The notes beneath the pieces are model-generated. The model had not been told where the DNA came from, did not search any database, and saw nothing but the letters and a program-made list of their open reading frames with translations. Source: Pecten maximus (lineage: Eukaryota). From it: a stretch of 64,000 nucleotides of DNA. Location: NCBI RefSeq assembly GCF_902652985.1, contig NC_047018.1, positions 17,670,001 through 17,734,000 on the forward strand. The letters are read 5' to 3'. This document shows, in pieces, positions 1 through 11,635 of the stretch. Within the stretch, counting starts at the first letter, position 1. Every line of letters starts with the position of its first letter. The translations under genes and the position numbers were made by a program.

Positions 1-287
1 TCCTTCATTTATACACCTACAGACTTGATTTTTGGAACAACAATAGAACGTGAGAACAGCTACATAAGAAGTTACCTTTCATTGACCTTGACCCACATTC
101 AAGGTCAAATAATCCAAAAAATTAAAATTGAAAACAATTCTTTTGACTCAAGCTCTTTGTTTGTTCGTATTTTTCCTTGCACAATCGGTGCATATAGACC
201 CTTCTTAATATTGCCTCATGAATATTCATGTTTAAACCAGAACGAGGCTAAGTGAGGAAGCGTCCCTAGTAATATACATGTGCAGCT

Positions 288-1745
288 ATGACTACATCAT
301 ACAGTGATAGAGATTCAGATTTAATTACTTCACTTACCTTTTCATTTGTTTAAAACTATATCCAAGCACAAAAACAAAACAAAAAACAAAACATCCTCTG
401 GACAGAAGAGCATGAATAAAGGACTGAAGTGTTTTAGCAAGGAAATATCCAAGAGCTAAGAGGTAAGTTTGCAATTATATATATACAGTATATATATTCC
501 TATGTTCATGTGTAGTGGTTTTCCAAATTCAGTGCCTAGTCTGTCCTCTTATATTTGTCAAGGCCAAGCAACATTAAAATGTTGGTACTCATCCCTTTAC
601 TAACACTGCCACATGTAATATATATGGGGTGTCAGAATGTCTGAGGACAAGAAACAAATAATTACATAAGGGGGATGCCATTCCTAAACCTCATTATCAG
701 TATCTCGAATTGCTCTCCCCTTGTTGCCTTAGGGACTGTACTTGGGTCCAGTCTGTTTACATTTCACAGCTGCCCCTCACTGATCCCACCTTGTCATTAA
801 TTTCATTGTAATTATAGATAAGCATTTATACAAACAAAAAGTCTTATCTCAAACTGCACCTAGTCCTTACAGCCCTTTAGGGTCAGTCCTCTAAATAGAA
901 AATGGAAACCTTATTTACGCCATTAAGCACCCATTATACTAGACTTGTACATGACCAGAAATGGAAAACAGATTATTCTACCTGTATATATTATGTAACT
1001 TATGACTTGTATAGTAAAGTTTATAGTAAATTTTATAGTACAACCAGTCGGAAAAGGTTGTGAAGTAAGAGTGAAATGTTACCGTTTCCAGAAAAAAAAA
1101 TGACTCGCCACATCAAATCAATGTAAATATATCAATGCATTTATTTTGTGTCGTTCACTTTTGATACAGATAACCAATGCATAAAACGTTTGTCATTATG
1201 TAAACATAATTTATTATTTATATGGATATCATTACAACATTATACAGGTGAGTTTCGGTGATATCAACACTCTTGAAGTGAGTAAGGCAGATTGTACCTG
1301 TCCTATTGGAATGTCAGAAGCATGTAGTGGGAACTCTGTACCAGCTTGCGAAATTCAAGATTATAGGTCAAAGAGCTATCCCAGTTGAAATTGCAAAGAC
1401 ATCTCGGCCACAAACTTGGCATGTCCCAAGAGGGGAGAAAATCCAAGGAAAGGCTTCCAGGATTTAAAGATAAGCGGTATTCATCACGGAAATCCGCACT
1501 GGACTTGTCTACGACTAACCAAAATCTGAAAACAACCCCATTCAACCCCATTCGTGGAGAAAATGTTAAATGGGACACAAAGTATGGAAGTCTATCTTCA
1601 GTACCACTTGATTTATTGATTCTCCCTTCTTTAACACAAATGAACGTACCAGCGGTAGAATCAAAATTTGGTAAAATACCACAAGGCTCTCTTTAGGGTG
1701 TTCATCAAAAATGAGAAAATGAGTATGTTTTAAATATATTTGATG
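288..1745 (+). pseudogene. ISL2EU second gene, N-terminal part (SWIM zinc finger; the YqaJ-like nuclease part is missing)
   Basis: ATG at 288, then KSMNKGLKCF..GNIQELR|gtaagt. Exon from 1248 encodes ADCTCPIGMSEACS, GTLYQLAKF, KTSRPQTWHVPRG and later FGKIPQGSL. Contains stops and frameshifts. Confidence 0.7.
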
Positions 1746-1749
1746 AAAA

Positions 1750-3003
1750 TCGAACACTCAGATTTTGTTCTAATAATCCTGCACAAAGGCGACATAAAAA
1801 TAAGAAAAGCTCGTCAATAACAACACAGAACGCTTTCTACCACTTAGACTAATAGTTTCACTACTTTTATAATATGCACTCTGTATGTTTTTAGCAGTAT
1901 ACATAAAAGGTAAGAAAAAGTACACATGTTTGAAACCCTGTGTAGAATGAAATAAGAGAATCATCTGTTGAAAATCTATTTACACAAAAATGTTCAATGC
2001 TAAACTGCTGACGTAAGCATGTCAACTCTTTCTCCTTTTCAGACAGTTGTTCTTCAAGATTTTTTTATGTTGTTTTTGGCTGTTTCCAACTCTGTCTCTA
2101 TTTTTCTCCTTTTTGTCCTGTTTTCGTCTGATTCTGTGTTATCTTTACTACACTCTTCTTCCACTTGTGTCTCAATACACATTGTAACATCACTGTAATA
2201 TAAAGAACATGTATACACTACATGCATATTGAAGGTATACGTATATATGTAATAAGTGTCTTAGAATTATGTGCAATTTAAATACATATCCATATTTACT
2301 ATATTAAATAATGCTTTTGTATCAAAATCATTTGATATTTACCTTTGCATTGGTTGACTTAGTGGAGATGGACCTTTCCTTTTCAAAATTCGCCTGGTCT
2401 TTGGTTTATCATTCCAATTAAATACTGATGTAATGGCTCCTGGCTTTAAAAGCTTCCTCACAGGTGTCCAGCTTTTATAGTCATCTTGCCTAAAGTGTTT
2501 GGAACAAACGACTGTTGACTTTAATACCTGTAAAATGTATTTGATTTATCAAAATCATGTATATTATCCATTTGTTATATGTATGCAATCTATAATATAC
2601 GTACATGTATATATATATATATATAGCAACCTGCACATTTACTATGATATTTACGGTATTAAACTGAACACTTATATTATGTTTAATAAAATATTTTACG
2701 AAATACTTGAACTGCTTGCAATTGTTGTTTTATATATGTCTTGACATGTACTGATCACTTGCAGAAAAAATAACAAGAAAGGGAAAATGATTGACCATAG
2801 TATGTGTTTACATGTAGGTGAAGGCTAACCTACCTTGAATAATGGCCCTTCATCTCTTCTTATTTTTACAATCCACTGCTTTTTGATATCCTCATCTTTT
2901 GGAATATGGTGAAAATGAATAGAATCACCATAACTTCCATTGGATACACAATTTGGTGCACAATAATGTTGTTTTTGCTACATGTAGCTTGACTGGAAGT
3001 CAT
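1750..3003 (-). pseudogene. THAP-domain + HTH transposase, spliced, frameshifted and truncated before the DDE domain
   Basis: Exon 3003-2834 encodes HYCAPNC...FHHIPKDEDIKKQWIVKIRRD after a 1-nt frameshift. Exon 2527-2343 encodes VVCSKHF...LKPGAITSVF. Exon from ~2192 encodes a coiled coil, FSTDDSLISFYTGF and GRKRS..IDELFLFLCRLCAGLLEQNLSVRF. Introns are GT-AG and phase-compatible. Confidence 0.85.
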
Positions 3004-3092
3004 TGTGTATGCGTTGCTACGGTGGCTGTACTCACTTAGCCTCGTTCTGAGATAGGAATGTTAGGCATGCATATAATTTGAGAGAGGCCTAT

Positions 3093-3600
3093 TGTAGGTT
3101 ATGGTCAGGGCTAACTTTTCTCCGTAACATGTTATCAGAAAATATGTCAAGGTCAAGGTCTAAGCATGAGGTCAAATCAAGGTCAAAAATTCAAAAACAA
3201 AATTGAGTTAATTTTTTAAGTTCATTTTAAATTGCATGATTAATTAAGACGAACTGTGCAAGTTTTATGGTCGTGCGATAAAAAATGGCGTAGAAATGGC
3301 ACTTTGAAAAATGTTCGTTTTCCCGCCAAAATTCAAATTTGTCCCAAAAATGCACTTAATTAACCTCTGCTCCAATATCTTTACATACACAGATATGATA
3401 TTTGGCACAGTGATAGCATGTACGGATGCCTACAAATTCTATTACTTTTCATTGACTTTGACCTTCGTTCAAGGTCACCGAGGTCAAATGACAAAAAATC
3501 AAAAAATTCAAAATCTTTTAAAATCTGTTTATTTTGATCATCTATAGAAGAAAATGCTCTGATGAAGATATATGCAACGTTTCAAGGTCAAATCGTCAAA
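3093..3600. repeat. Interspersed repeat with TGACCTTGA/CAAGGTCA motifs; host of the ISL2EU insertion
   Basis: 3370-3510 resembles 1-125, and 4510-4590 resembles 3480-3560. Recurring aaggtcaa/ttgacctt motifs. Confidence 0.5.
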
Positions 3601-3644
3601 AAAAAAAAAACAAACAAACAAAAAAAAAAAAAAAAAAACGAAGA

Positions 3645-4510
3645 TAACGGTATGGTATACACGATACACGGTACAGGATTCGCGATATTTTTACGGGATA
3701 CACGACATACGATACAGTAAACACGATACATGGTGTGGGCTACACTATATACGGAACAGTACACACGAAACACGGTACGTTATACACAATACTTGGTACG
3801 AGATACAAGGTACTTGGTACGAGATACACGGTACGGTATGTATGATACATGGTACTAGATACATGATATACTGTACGTTGTACACGATACTTGATATGAG
3901 ATACACGGTACTTGGTACGAGATACATGTTACAGTATACACAATACACGTTACGGGATTCACGATACGTTGTACGGGATACACGATATACGGTTCAGTAA
4001 ACACGATACACGGTATGACAAACACGATCACGATACAAGGTACGAGATACAGGGTACAGTAAACACGATACAAGGTACCAGATACGGTATTCACGCTATG
4101 GAATACACGAAACGGGATAGACGATAAATGTTACTGGATACATGATACAATACGGGATACACGATACATGGAACAGGATTCACAATACAGTAAACACGAC
4201 ACAAGGTACGAGATACACGATTCACTGTTCAGTAAACACGATACAAGGTACGAGATACACAATTCACAATACAGTAAACACGATACAAGGTACGAGATAC
4301 ACAATTCACAGTACAGTAAACAGGACACAAGGTACGAGATACACGATTCACTGTTCAGTAAACACGATACAAGGTACGAGCTACACAATTCACAGTACAG
4401 TTAACACGATACAAGGTACGAGATACACGATTAACAGTACAGTAAACACGATACAAGGTACGAGATACAGGTACAGATTACACGATACAATGTACGAGAT
4501 ACACGATTCA
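3645..4510. repeat. Minisatellite: degenerate 7-bp subunits with a 42-bp higher-order unit
   Basis: Unit cagtaaacacgatacaaggtacgagatacacgattcactgtt; 14-aa periodicity in the spurious ORFs. Confidence 0.9.
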
Positions 4511-4763
4511 CGGAGGTCAAATGATACAAAATCGAAAAATTCGAATTCTTTTAAAACGGTTTATTTTCATCGTATGTGAAAGAAAACGTTATTTTAAAGA
4601 TTGGTTAAAAAAGGGAAGCGAAGAGAAAACGAAGAGAAATCGTAGGTAAAACGTACAAAAGCGTTCGTCAGAACGAGAACATGTCTGCGATCATTTTCTT
4701 GTTGGAAATCCCGTGTTTTGATCTTGATCAAATCTAGTTTTTTTTGTTTTTGTTTTTTTTTTG

Positions 4764-4794
<31 letters not shown>

Positions 4795-4819
4795 GCTTTT
4801 GTGGGGGGGGGGGGGGGGG

Positions 4820-6129
4820 GGACTTGTTTGAAGTGTAGTAACAAGCCTTGGTTCAAAAGGGAATGTCAAATAAATACAGCAGGATTAGATAAAGCCAAGG
4901 TCAGATATCATAAAGTAAAGATTTTTGTTAACAAAACTTATCTTAACAAAGCCAGTAAATTATATCGGAAAACTTTTAAAATTACCGAAAATATTATGAA
5001 AACATGTTGAATGAGTTAAGGCGCATAGCGCAAAATGATTCCAAAAAGTTCTGGAGCATCTTGAATAAATGTGATGGGTCCAGCTGTGAAGAAAGAACAT
5101 GCTAATATGTATTAAAGAATTACACGAAAGATGAACGAGTGATTTATTTTTACTGAATGGGGGAATAAAAGCTGATGGAGTTAAGTTTACATTGACTTAC
5201 TTGAAAAATAACAAAGCTTTTGGTGTAGATCAAATTTTAAATGATTACATCAAGAGTGCTATGGGTGATATCATATCACCTTAGTATCGTGTCTCGGGAA
5301 GGTGTTTACCTCAGTCATAAATACATGTTATCGACCGAACAGTTGAGATGAATTTAACCTGATGACTCTGCTCAAGCTGGGTTCTGAAAAGTGTATTCTA
5401 CAACAGATGATATCTCTGTAGTGTATCCTTTAATATCCGTGTATTTTTCAGTAGAAAAAAACTTTGTTGCACTTTCATCGATTTTAGAAAGGCACTCGAT
5501 ACAGCGTGGGGAGTTGAACCCTGCAAAGAGCTGCTAAAGGGCAATATCATTGGGGAAATGTTCAATGCTATTTTTATGTTATACGAAGATACCAAATCAT
5601 CTGTTAAAATGGACGTGAACTGTCAAATTTATTCAATTGTCAGATCGGGTTAACACAGCATCCTCTCAAATTAAACTACCAATATAATCAGGAAGATGGT
5701 TGGCATTCCTCGTCACGAGAGAGTTTGTAATTTATGTAAATGGATATCCGTGATGAATTTCATTACATATTCAAATGAGAACATGAATCGGTTATATTTT
5801 TGAGAAAGAAATATATTCTAAAATACTTCTGTTATCTGAGTCTAGACAAAATGCTGGGGGGTTCAATATATTTAATGATAAAGTTTAATACAAAGATGTG
5901 TTTTTTTAGAAAAAAATAAGTAAATTGATTATAAATAAATCTTTGCATCAAGCAGTGTTCCTCAATTGTTAAATGCTCTAAGTAATTATCACAAATAGGT
6001 ATTACATAAAATATTGATATATTGTATAAGTGTACGACATGTATCATAGTTATTATATATATGTGACCTATTGTTACACATTTTTGTGGGTCAGTGATAC
6101 CAATAAAACCTTGAAACCTTAAAACCTTG
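4820..6129 (+). mobile_element. Decayed non-LTR retrotransposon (CR1/L2-group LINE), RT and C-terminal remnants
   Basis: Fragments KPWFKREC, KKFWSILNK, LKNNKAFGVDQILND, CCTFIDFRKALD, RVCNLC..DEFHYIF. Ends with aataaa and an (aaaccttg)-type tail at ~6102-6129. Confidence 0.75.
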
Positions 6130-6514
6130 TAATAAGGAAGACAGCTGGGTTTCCGTACCCTGTTCGAGAATCAAATTGAAATCACCAAAGCAACCACATA
6201 TTATTATAATGCGGACTTAACAATCACAGATTGGATTTCAATACTAATTAATTGTTATTGATAAATCTAACATCTTTCTTTTTATGTTTTAAATTACATG
6301 TTTCACTGTATAGTAGAAATATTCAAAGTTTGGATGGTTTTATATAATTTGACATTCATCAGTTACGCTTAAACATTCATTTTAATTATAATTGTTTATA
6401 AATGTTTTGGAAACCTCAATCACTAGCCAAACGCTACATATTAACTAAGTGCATGTTACGAGTAGCAAGTGGTTGAAACCATATGAAGTACTGTATTAAT
6501 TTAATTTCAAAATA

Positions 6515-6782
6515 GGAACATACAAAATCGTATGTGTCGTACAGTTAAAAATAGAAACATCCAAAATCATTTATGTCGTACAGTTAAAAATAGAAACATT
6601 CAAAATCGTACATACAAAATCGTATGTGTCGTACAGTTAAAAATAGAAACATTCAAAATCGTACATACAAAATCGTATGTGTCGTACAGTTAAAAATAGA
6701 AACATTCAAAATCGTACATACAAAATCATTTATGTCGTACAGTTAAAAATAGAAACATCCAAAATCGTATGTGTCGTACAGT
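6515..6782. repeat. Tandem repeat, 41/53-bp units
   Basis: Repeated caaaatcgtatgtgtcgtacagttaaaaatagaaacat. Confidence 0.9.
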
Positions 6783-7252
6783 TTGTCCTACAGAAGTAAC
6801 ACGTTTCAGTTTGTTTGTATTTTTTTTCCTTTGAGTGAACCTTTGTTAGGAGAGAGTGATTTGATATTATCATTTAATTGGGTTCATTCATGGGTTGCTT
6901 GAATTACAATCAAAAGTAACATCCGGAAACTAGGAATTCCTAGAATAATGAAGATACAAATGAACAATGCATTGTATTCCAGGAATCGCTTCTGTTACAA
7001 AATATTAGTGGGAATGATTTCATTATAATAGAAGACATGTATATTTTCACAACTTTTTGTTTAGTGAGGTTTATTCTGTTTACCAACTTTAGTTTGACAC
7101 TTAGAATATTAATACTGACATTTAGTACTAGTACCTATTTAAACTATGTCGTGTGAACGGTCATTATTTTCTATGTTGTGTTGGGAGAGGGCATGTAAGT
7201 TGTAACGTATGCCAAATCCTTTCCATGTCTAATCAATAAAATCTTTTTTGCG

Positions 7253-7957
7253 ATACACCTCACGTATACAAACAAGTTATAACAATGGGTAGATATGGGT
7301 ACACCTCAGGTATACAGACAAGTTATAACAATGGGAAGATATGGGTACACCTCACGTAGATATGGGTACACCTCACGTATACAGACAAGTTATAACAACG
7401 GGAAGATATGGGTACACCTCACGTATACAGACAAGTTATAACAATGGGAAGAGATGGGTACACCTCACGTATACAGACAAGTTATAACAATGGGAAGATA
7501 TGGGTACACCTCACGTATACAGACAAGTTATCACAAAGGGAAGGGATGGGTACACCTCACGTATACAGACAAGTTATAACAATGGGAAGATATGGGTACA
7601 CCTCTAATACATGGACAAGTGATAACAATGGGAAGGAATGGGTACAACTTACGTACACGGACAAGTGATAATTATGGGAAGGGATGGGTACACGGACAAG
7701 TGGTAACGATGGGAGGGGATGGGTATACCTCACGTACACGGACAAGTGGTAACAATGGGAAGGGATGGGTACACCACACGTACACGGACAAGTGATAACA
7801 ATGGGAAGAGATTAGTACATCGCACGTACACGGACAAGTGGTAACGATGGGAAGGGATGGGTCACGGACAAGTGGTAACAATGGGAAGGGATGGGTACAC
7901 CTCACATACACGGACAAGTGGTAACGATGGGAAGGGATGGGTACACTTCACGTACAC
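7253..7957. repeat. Minisatellite, ~47-bp unit
   Basis: Repeated atgggtacacctcacgtatacagacaagttataacaatgggaagat, drifting in sequence along the array. Confidence 0.9.
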
Positions 7958-9355
7958 TTATTCGATCAAAACTCGAATATGGCTCCATCGTTTTTTTGAA
8001 TCGGCATGCAATTCTTTCCTGCCGATGCAGGATCCTATCCAAAATCAAGAACTACGGTGCACTTTGGGCTTTGAAACAACACCAGTGAAAAGCCTTTACG
8101 TAGGGGCAAATGAACCATCTTTAAATGACCGAAAGAAAAAACTGACCCTACAGTATGCCGCTCATTGAAGTCCAACCCGAAAACCCCGGCTTTCAATCTT
8201 GTTTTCAATTCGCAATACCGAAACATATTCACTCAAAACCAAAAGCTCTTACCAACATTTGGTATAAGAATCTCACACAGTACATCGTATGTGACGTACC
8301 TCCATGGCTTGGTAAAATAACATATATCAACTTTGTCCTAGAAGAGACGGAATTACCCGAAGAACACAAATCCTCTTTCGGGAGTGCATTGCAGATTTCT
8401 GCGATCTTGTTCAGATCTACACCGATGTCTTAAAAGATGGTGAAAAGGTCTCAGTAGCGTTCTACACCAATAACCATTCAATCCGTTTACTAGATGATGG
8501 CTCTATTTTCTCAGTGGAAGCATGTGTCATCGGTTTGGCCCTCGCCCTTATTTTACCACATTAAATAGGCAATCGTTTATTATGACTCTCTGTGTGTCCT
8601 TCAAAGTTTACAATTACGAGATCCTAAAAAATACATTCGTACAAAACTTTGTTTTTCAAATATTTCGTATCTCAAAAGATACTAAACAATTTCACTTTGG
8701 ATTCCGAGCCATGTCGGAATTAAAGGCGACGAACTTGTTGACCGGGAAGCAAAAAAAAAAAAAAAATGCTTTAAATCTCCGACAAACAAATATCAAACCT
8801 GCTACCAGATATTGATTACAAATCTGTCATTTGTACTGTCATTCAAAGTAAATCACAGCAACGATAGTCCCTCGAGACGAGCAACACGTTTTTTGAATTA
8901 CAACCGAAACATCCATTCCCAGTCGGAAAGGTCGAAAGAAGAAGTTGCCCTCTCCCGGCACCGTACCGGGTACACTTATCATACTAGTTCGTTCCTTTTA
9001 CAACGAGAAGATCCACCAACATGCCGTGCATGTAACACTCAGTTTACAGTGGAGCATTGTCTAATAGAATGTTCCGATTTAAAGCACATTCGTGATAACT
9101 ACTTTCGAGTCCCGGTGTGAAAACTCTTTTAAATTCCATGGATTCGTAAGCACTGTTTAGCTATTTGAAAGGCATCGATCTATTCTATAGACTTTGATGT
9201 TCTTTTACTTTACCCCTTTGACGTTATATATACATTTGTATATCACAAAAGTTACATAATCTATTCTTTATGGGTTTTTTTTTAACCGAAATCAAAGGAA
9301 ATAAAATATTAGTATATTAATTTGTTTGGCCCTAAATGATCCAAACAAACAAATA
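7950..9355 (+). mobile_element. 3' fragment of an I-group (I/Nimb-like) LINE with RNase H and C-terminal zinc knuckle, decayed
   Basis: LIRSKLEYGSIV, TTPVKSLYVGANEPSL, IYTD, WIPSHVGIKG.ELVD, KEEVALSRHRTG...PPTCRACNTQFTVEHCLIEC. Ends in a (caaa)n tail near 9340-9355. Confidence 0.85.
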
Positions 9356-10796
9356 CCCAAACCTCTTCATCGATCTCAAAAACATATAAATGTCTATGTC
9401 CAAAAACATTAGGGTCTTGGCTTTATTCAAATTTCGCTTTTAGTTCTCTGGAGCTATTTATAGCTCCCGAGAACTATAGCCATCTGTCGAAAAAAATGCA
9501 GCTTTGCACCTTGCAACAGATTTTTAGCCTAACTGTGCATTCATGGCTGTATTTTAAATTGTGATGCCGGATACAAGTTATTGTGTAGTTGTTGTGTTGA
9601 TAACAATCAAAATGATCCGATATCAACTTGAATTTTTTTAATTTAAGAAAAAATATGGTTTAATGTCTATTTGTAGTAACGAAGGTGAAGTAACACCGCA
9701 GCCAACACTATCCTACTAGGTGACACCATTGGGTTAAACGTTGTACTCATGTATACACATATGTACGGCTTTATTATTTCTCCCTCACCAACCACGATTA
9801 GGAGCGTACGCATTGCGCAAGCACAAATAGGGACTGTTGTTCCTCACTTTCCGATAAAGTCTGAGACTAAATTTCTTTTCAATAAAAGAAGTAAATGTGA
9901 ACGGAAAATTAGAAAAGTTTAGCTGAGAAAGCCGTAAGGGCTGCACTATAAAATATCGTTCTGACTAACAAATTTTAATTACCAAATGCCAGAAAACCGA
10001 CAACAATAAACTGAATAATGCCCAGAGAACTACGTACGTGGCCCTTGGCCTCTTGTTTAAAACGGTTTGTGTTAGTGGCAAATGGATATCATCTTCCACT
10101 GTGTTTGGTGGCCACATCTGTCTATTGTTTACCTCCGGTATGTCCCCACACAAATCAAAGCATGATACAGTACACAATCATATACTGTATTGTATGTAGC
10201 TTCAGGTTTTAAAGCCTCCCTATGTTTTTGTTTACAGACATAACACTTCATCAATCTTAACTTCATAATCCCTTACTGATTGATCTATCAAATCAGCTCA
10301 GTCACGTCATCAATTGAGAATAAAGTACATTTGTATGTAATGAAAATCTAAAAATAGAACGGGAATCACCGGATAGACATTATGTCATCATTAACACATT
10401 TTTGTAATAGTCTCCTAATGCTTTACGTAAATATAGAAATCAATTAGAAGGCTGAATAAAGTTAGTCTCATGTAAATCATCAAAACAATAATTCATCATT
10501 AAAACTATTGACTGTGATACGTATAACAATTGCTTGTCACGCATTTAAAATTAAAAACAAATAATGATCCGTGAATCAGATCTACCTTGTCATCACTCTA
10601 TTCTTCAATCGCATATTCTTTCGTCTGATTATATATGTTTTCTGTCGATTCAGCTTGAATTATACAAAACATACTTGGCTAAATTGTCCCTGATACCTCT
10701 GTGTAATGCTTTATACGAGTAAATAAGAGAGTATAGCCTGTACATAGAAACTGTTATATAGTTCCGAGATCGTAATTGATTTGATACAGTACTCAC

Positions 10797-10863
10797 CCAG
10801 GGATATTCCGGGCTGTACAAGTGCCAGAAGCAGGCTAATACGGGTGATTGTCCCTCCCTCCAT
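10797..10863 (-). CDS. Putative first coding exon (signal peptide) of an unidentified secreted or membrane protein
   Basis: Exon 10984-10797 is bounded by ttttcag and G|gtgagt. It encodes MEGGTITRISLLLALVQPGISL-G followed by a phase-1 intron, the usual layout of a signal-peptide exon. No downstream exon was recognised. Confidence 0.5.
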
Positions 10864-11205
10864 CAAGGGACATGCCAGATGCTGATACACAACTGTTGTG
10901 TGTAAATCATGTGAAAGTCCCGCTTTGAACACTACCAGGAAGTAAAGTCTCCACTTGTAGTTTCCTGAGTCAGACGTGCTCCATCTGAAAATATCAGTTA
11001 CAAGTAATCTCTATTATCATGCGACCTTATGTCCGCAAACTTCCTTGCTCTTAAAAACTACGTTGACGTCAAGGTTTAACTCTCTCTCTCTCTCTCTAGA
11101 ATTTTAAATCAACTTCCTTTTTGTGATTTATTTGCAAAAATTCTGGCAGTACATTTTGTACAAAGCGCTGCCGTGACGATGATCAACATAACGCTAAAAT
11201 GACGT

Positions 11206-11420
11206 TTTGTTTGTTTGTTTTTGTTTAACGTCCTATTAACAGCCAGGGTCATTTAAGGACGTGCCAGGTTTTAGAGGTGGAAGAAAGCATACCCGGAGAA
11301 AAACCACCGGCCTACGGTCAGTAACTGGCAACTGCCCCACGTAGGTTTCGAACTCGCAAGCCAGATATTGAGGGCTAGTGTTAAAGTGTCGGTACACCTT
11401 AACCACTCGGCCACCGCGGC
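11206..11420 (-). mobile_element. tRNA-derived SINE with Deu/Nin-like central domain, copy 1
   Basis: tRNA-like head with A and B boxes (GGTGGCCGAGTGGTTAAGG...GAGTTCGAAAC), core GGTTTTTCTCCGGGT, (caaa)n tail. Near-TSD ctaaaatgacgt/ctaagatgacgt. Confidence 0.9.
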
Positions 11421-11635
11421 CTAAGATGACGTCATAATAACACAATTTTTCTCACTCATAACCCTCGCTGCGGTTGATTCTATCGTAGCGCATAGCGAAC
11501 CGTTGCCATGATGTCGATCAAAATGAGGTAGCAATGACGTCATGTGATCTTGGTTGCATCTATACGCTCATAGATGCAGCCCAAATTAACACTGAGGCAG
11601 TGGAAGACTGTAGTGCCAACTTTTAAAAAAAATGT

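Larger units (their letters stand above)
196..3090 (-). mobile_element. ISL2EU (PIF/Harbinger-related) DNA transposon, internally deleted and non-autonomous
   Basis: AT flanks both ends (194-195, 3091-3092). Termini are AGACCC.../...AGGCCT. A perfect 19-bp inverted repeat CAGAACGAGGCTAAGTGAG lies at 238-256 and 3031-3049, about 42 nt inside each end. Contains two convergent spliced gene remnants typical of ISL2EU. Confidence 0.8.

Noticed and set aside
6900-7250. Possible 3' end of another CR1-type LINE
   Set aside because: Only a suggestive UTR/aataaa pattern with no confident coding motif.
10797-10863. Signal-peptide exon as the missing 5' end of the lectin/EGF gene
   Set aside because: Opposite strand, 48 kb away and across an assembly gap; nothing in the sequence links them.
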